Assembly (NCBI GenBank): GCA_051294375.1
Contig: CM119271.1
Coordinates: 15,568,770 to 15,632,769, forward strand
Source of the DNA: Paraspadella gotoi
Lineage: Eukaryota > Animalia > Chaetognatha
DNA length: 64,000 nucleotides
Direction of reading: 5' to 3'
A program made the translations under genes and the position numbers. The notes under the pieces are model-generated. The model saw only the letters and a list, made by a program, of their open reading frames with translations. It did no database searches and had not been told where the DNA came from. Below are positions 60,139 to 64,000 of this stretch, in pieces (position 1 is the stretch's first letter; each line of letters opens with the position of its first letter).

Positions 60139-61773
60139 TTATTCATCGCGATCGTTGGAGGGAGGAGGAGGAGGAGTAGGAGGAGGAGGAGTATAGGAAG
60201 ATTGTTTTCGTCTTTCCGTTTCGTAATAATTCCGAATGAAGTCTTTCTCTGATATAATGCGGCGGTTGTCGTTGCGGTAGAGACTAATAAAAAAAAAATT
60301 GTTAAGATTTTAGGGATTTTATTTAAAATTACGGACTAACTTAAATCTTTTTTACCTTTCACACAGAATCACAAATGTTAAGAAGGAAGTCAAAAGTAAA
60401 ACGAGTTTAAGAAATAGCTTATCATCGGGTCCTTGACTGATTCTGTATCGTCGAACGCGAAAAGAATAACGAACATCTGGCCGCGGTCGTTGCGCTTCGC
60501 CACCATCGGCTTTCTTCTTTGCGAAACCAGCGTCTCGAAATTTGTTGAAACCATCTTCGCTCCTCTTTTCGAAATCCCGCATAAACTCTCGAAATAGTTC
60601 CTCCTGTCTGTAGTGAGCGTCGGTCCAAGCTTTCTTGTTGTAGAAACGGCGGGGGTCAGCTCTCATCTCGTCTATGTCCCGCATGTACTCGTAGAAACGA
60701 TTGTCGTGTCGGGCGGCGTTGGAAGTTGTTCGCTTTGACGAGGGACCTTGAAGAAAATGGAAAGAGTGACGAAGATTGATTACGATGTCTTCAGTATTTA
60801 CATTTTTGAAAACTTATTTGTTGGACATAAACTCTCGTCATGATCCGTCGTTCTTATTCGCCTTTTGTAAAGCTGTTTAAAAATATAAACAATCGATGTT
60901 TGTCTACAAACAATACAGTTCATTGTTATTTCATTGCTTTGATTAATCATGATTCTATTTCATACAGATCGCATTAATGTTAGTTGGCCATCGTCGGGGT
61001 TTATACGGTTTATTTATGTGGTTTATATATATGGTTTATTTATATGATTGTTTATTTGAATGGTTATTGGCTCATACAATTCATTTGATTAGTGGCTAGG
61101 CCGAGCTTACCTGAGAGATCATTGTTGTTTCTATCATTAACCGATGCTTGCCTTTTGCTTACCTCTAGTTCTTGATCTCTAAAGACTCATGAAACCTTAC
61201 GGTATAGATACTCTCAGAAGGGTGAGCAACTGACGGAAAACCCCGCTCATCATATTTAGTCCTGAATTTTTTTCAGGGCTGAGCGGCCTATATCATCTCG
61301 TCTCAACAGAGCGTCACGGGTTCAATACCTGGGTATCCCGTTTCTGGCTTAAATGTGACTGTACTGGTTTAAACATGTCAGGGTACAGTGGGTACTGGGT
61401 ACACATAACTCATAACTCGACGCTCAGTTTGCTCACCATAGTCCCCCGCTCTCCGTCTTTGTCCCGCCGAGGCGATCCCCAACTCTGTATCGTATTCCCT
61501 ACGAGACTCTTCGTTCCCGATGACCGTGTAGGCGGCTGAGATTTCTTTGTATCTCTCGGCCGAGGAGGCGTGGGGATTTTTGTCGGGATGATGCTCCTTG
61601 GAGAGTCGATAGAAGGTCTCTTTGATTTGGGCGTGGGAGGCGGAAGGAGAGAGACCCAGAGTTTTGTAATGATCGAGGAGAAGATTGAGGCGAGAGAAGC
61701 CTCGAGTCGGGCCAAGGGAGAGGATAAGGGACGAGCGGCGGGTCAGGAGAGTTCGATTACATTCCCACCTCAT
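60139..61773 (-). CDS. DnaJ-domain protein with C-terminal hydrophobic segment (DNAJC4/DNAJC30-like), paralogue 1
   Basis: DHYKTLGL...IKETFYRLSKEHHPDKNP...YTVIGN...RREYD; later exon AWTDAHY and a TM-like LVLLLTSFLTFVIL. Start is uncertain (alternative ATG at 61919). Confidence 0.8.
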
Positions 61774-61983
61774 AGTTTGACGGGGATCAAGTGGGGATTA
61801 AGTGGGGATTGAAGGGGAAAGGGATAACTGAGCGAAAGCGGGACGACGGGGACCACTATTTAAATCAACACGGTCGCGGGAGAAAAACACCGCACGGCCC
61901 TGAGCGAAAACACAGCCATTTTTTTTTAATACGTAATACTCTGTTTTAATTAAATAATCCCCAAGTTCCAATAAATTAAGGCG

Positions 61984-62963
61984 TCATCGCGGCGGGCCTT
62001 TTCCTTGAAACTTCGAGGTCAAATCAGGCGCCGCGGCGACTCTCATTAAGCCGTCTAAAAAAAACAATAGGAACAGGAGCGAGAAAACTCTTCCGAAACT
62101 GATCCGTCGAGGGAAATGAGATAATCTGTAATGTTTGAAAGTGAGATGTTCTTTATAAGGGGATCCCATGCCGGCGCGGTTGTTGCCGCTGGCGCCAGCC
62201 TCGCGACGGAGACGCCACGCGTCGTCGAATTCCTTGCGCATCTTTTCTTCGTCCCAATTTTGGAAGTTGTCGTCGTACGTGGTCGTGTCGCCGTATCTCC
62301 TTCCTGAAACTGTAAATATTTCACAAATATTAAATAGGCAATGTAATAAGCTGAAAAAACTTGTTAAAACCATTCGCTCAAATTATACGTATGAAAGTTA
62401 ATCTTTAATTGCCAAATTAATTGAATTCGCCTAACAGATAAACAGGCCTTAAACAGGACTTATTGGAATAAATAATGTTAAATATAAAGTTTTAAACGGT
62501 ATCAAAACAAACAAATCAACAACGGGCATAAATAAAGACGACCTAAAAACTTACCCGTGGATCGGAAAGGATCGGCGGACAAAGTGAGGTCGTAATCTTT
62601 TCGACTCCTTGCATTGGAAAGGACGTTGTAGGCCTCCGACACGGCCTTGAACCGTTCTTCCGCCTTCGGGTCGCCGGGATTCACATCCGGGTGAAACTCT
62701 TTCGACCGGATGTAAAAGGCGTTTTTAATTTCGTCGGCCGAGGCGTTCCGCTCGAGTCCCAGAGTTTTGTAGTGATTGTCCACCGAGCCCGTGGTAGAAA
62801 ATGCTCGACATCGCCACGCCAGTGTCACTGACGAGGGTTTGTGGGCGTCGGAGATCGAGGGGAAGATGGAAAGATGAAATGAGCGCAGGGTTGCGACGAG
62901 ACGAGGGTTACCCTCCACGAGAGACGTTAATCTTTGCAATGACGTCAACGCCGAATGCATCAT
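61984..62963 (-). CDS. DnaJ-domain protein with transit-like N-terminus and C-terminal TM, paralogue 2
   Basis: NHYKTLGL...IKNAFYIRSKEFHPDVNP...FKAVSEAYNVLS...RKDYD; exon 2 FDDAW...VFSLLFLLFFL. Confidence 0.85.
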
Positions 62964-64000
62964 TCCAGTTTTCTAAAGTCCGAAGAAGCGAAAATACGAT
63001 TTCGTCATCTTCCAAACAAAGTTTTTTTAACCAATTTACATGTTATACATTAAGTACGTCCGCTCGATGCCCAGAGAACGTACTTTGCACTTGTTTTGTC
63101 TCCTTGTATAGGGAAAAAAAAGACAAACAATTTTGACTAAAACTAAAACGATTAAAAAATTGCGGGAGGAAAGAGGAATTTGAACTTAAAAAAAAAAAAA
63201 AGAATTGAACTCTTTATGGAGAAAAGAAGTCAAGGTAAAAAAGAAAATACGCAGGATGGAATAAATTAAAACATGGTGGGAGTCGGGTTTCAATGTCGTT
63301 AATGTTTAGTTCGAAAGGCATTTTAAACCTGCAAAAACGGATTGCAAGATGAAAAGCATCACTTTTTATCGTTGATATAAATGATATGTAAACTAGTTGC
63401 ACGACGCGGGGGGAATAAAAGTGAGAATAATTAATAATAACTAAAATGCATCATTCACCCTGTAGCAGCTCGCTACGGCGTGAATGAATTCATTAGCGCT
63501 GATAGCGTCGGAATAAAACAAACTTCTTTCTTGAAGTGAACTTAATCGAAATGATAAAATAAAAATGGGTGTTTCAAAAATGGGGACAGGTTTGCGATGC
63601 AGGTTAATTAATATCAGCTGCCCGGATCAATTCGAATGTAGACTAGTTTTAAATCGACTTCAATTGGAAGACATCAGACTCAAAAACCTAATATTTTCTT
63701 TCCTTTTAAAGTTGGTAAACAACTACGTAAACATTGCATAAATTATGGACGATATAGATTATAGATTGTAGAATATCACTGTCGCTCTAAATCTAATATA
63801 TAATAGCGCACGCACTTTACTAATCTCTTTCTAGCTCATAAAACGAGCGAGTGGAATAACTTAATGGTATAAAACAATGATTGTAAATATAAAACAAAAA
63901 AAATCTCAAATCGGCGTCGTAGTAGATAGGATGTAGCGAGAGAAAAGTGAGAGAGGAAATGATGACGATGTGACACGCGACAAATTTGTAATGAATTATT

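Overview
Gene-dense eukaryotic (metazoan, probably aquatic invertebrate) DNA with GC-rich exons and short AT-rich introns. I recognise about 23 protein-coding genes, 22 of them on the minus strand: RPS14 (5' end), three orphan ORFs (two share an unrecognised N-terminal domain), an SDR16C/RDH10-like dehydrogenase, NELFE, NAXE, TECPR1, RTRAF, MRPS18C, ZFAND2 (the only plus-strand gene), MGAT4, a DUF4807-like gene, GMPPB, BAP1, two tandem selenoprotein L-like genes, an Ig-domain membrane glycoprotein, UTP6, PEDS1, METTL23 and two DnaJ paralogues. Main findings: (1) the ORF track misses two tandem intronless selenoprotein genes, each with an in-frame TGA-x-x-TGA (UxxU) motif and its own candidate SECIS; (2) co-orientation with very short spacers suggests operons resolved by trans-splicing; (3) a Penelope-like retroelement has inverted terminal repeats carrying hammerhead ribozyme motifs; (4) tandem duplication of an exon-end plus donor unit creates candidate in-frame 36-nt micro-exons in NELFE; (5) an orphan, highly structured ~260-nt RNA-like island; (6) several non-autonomous element families (TRIM-like LTR element, foldback MITE, SINEs, a hairpin/octamer repeat). 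Gene names come from recalled motifs, not database searches. Multi-exon genes are given as overall spans with approximate boundaries. The region ~10.2-16.7 kb appears to have indel-type consensus errors.
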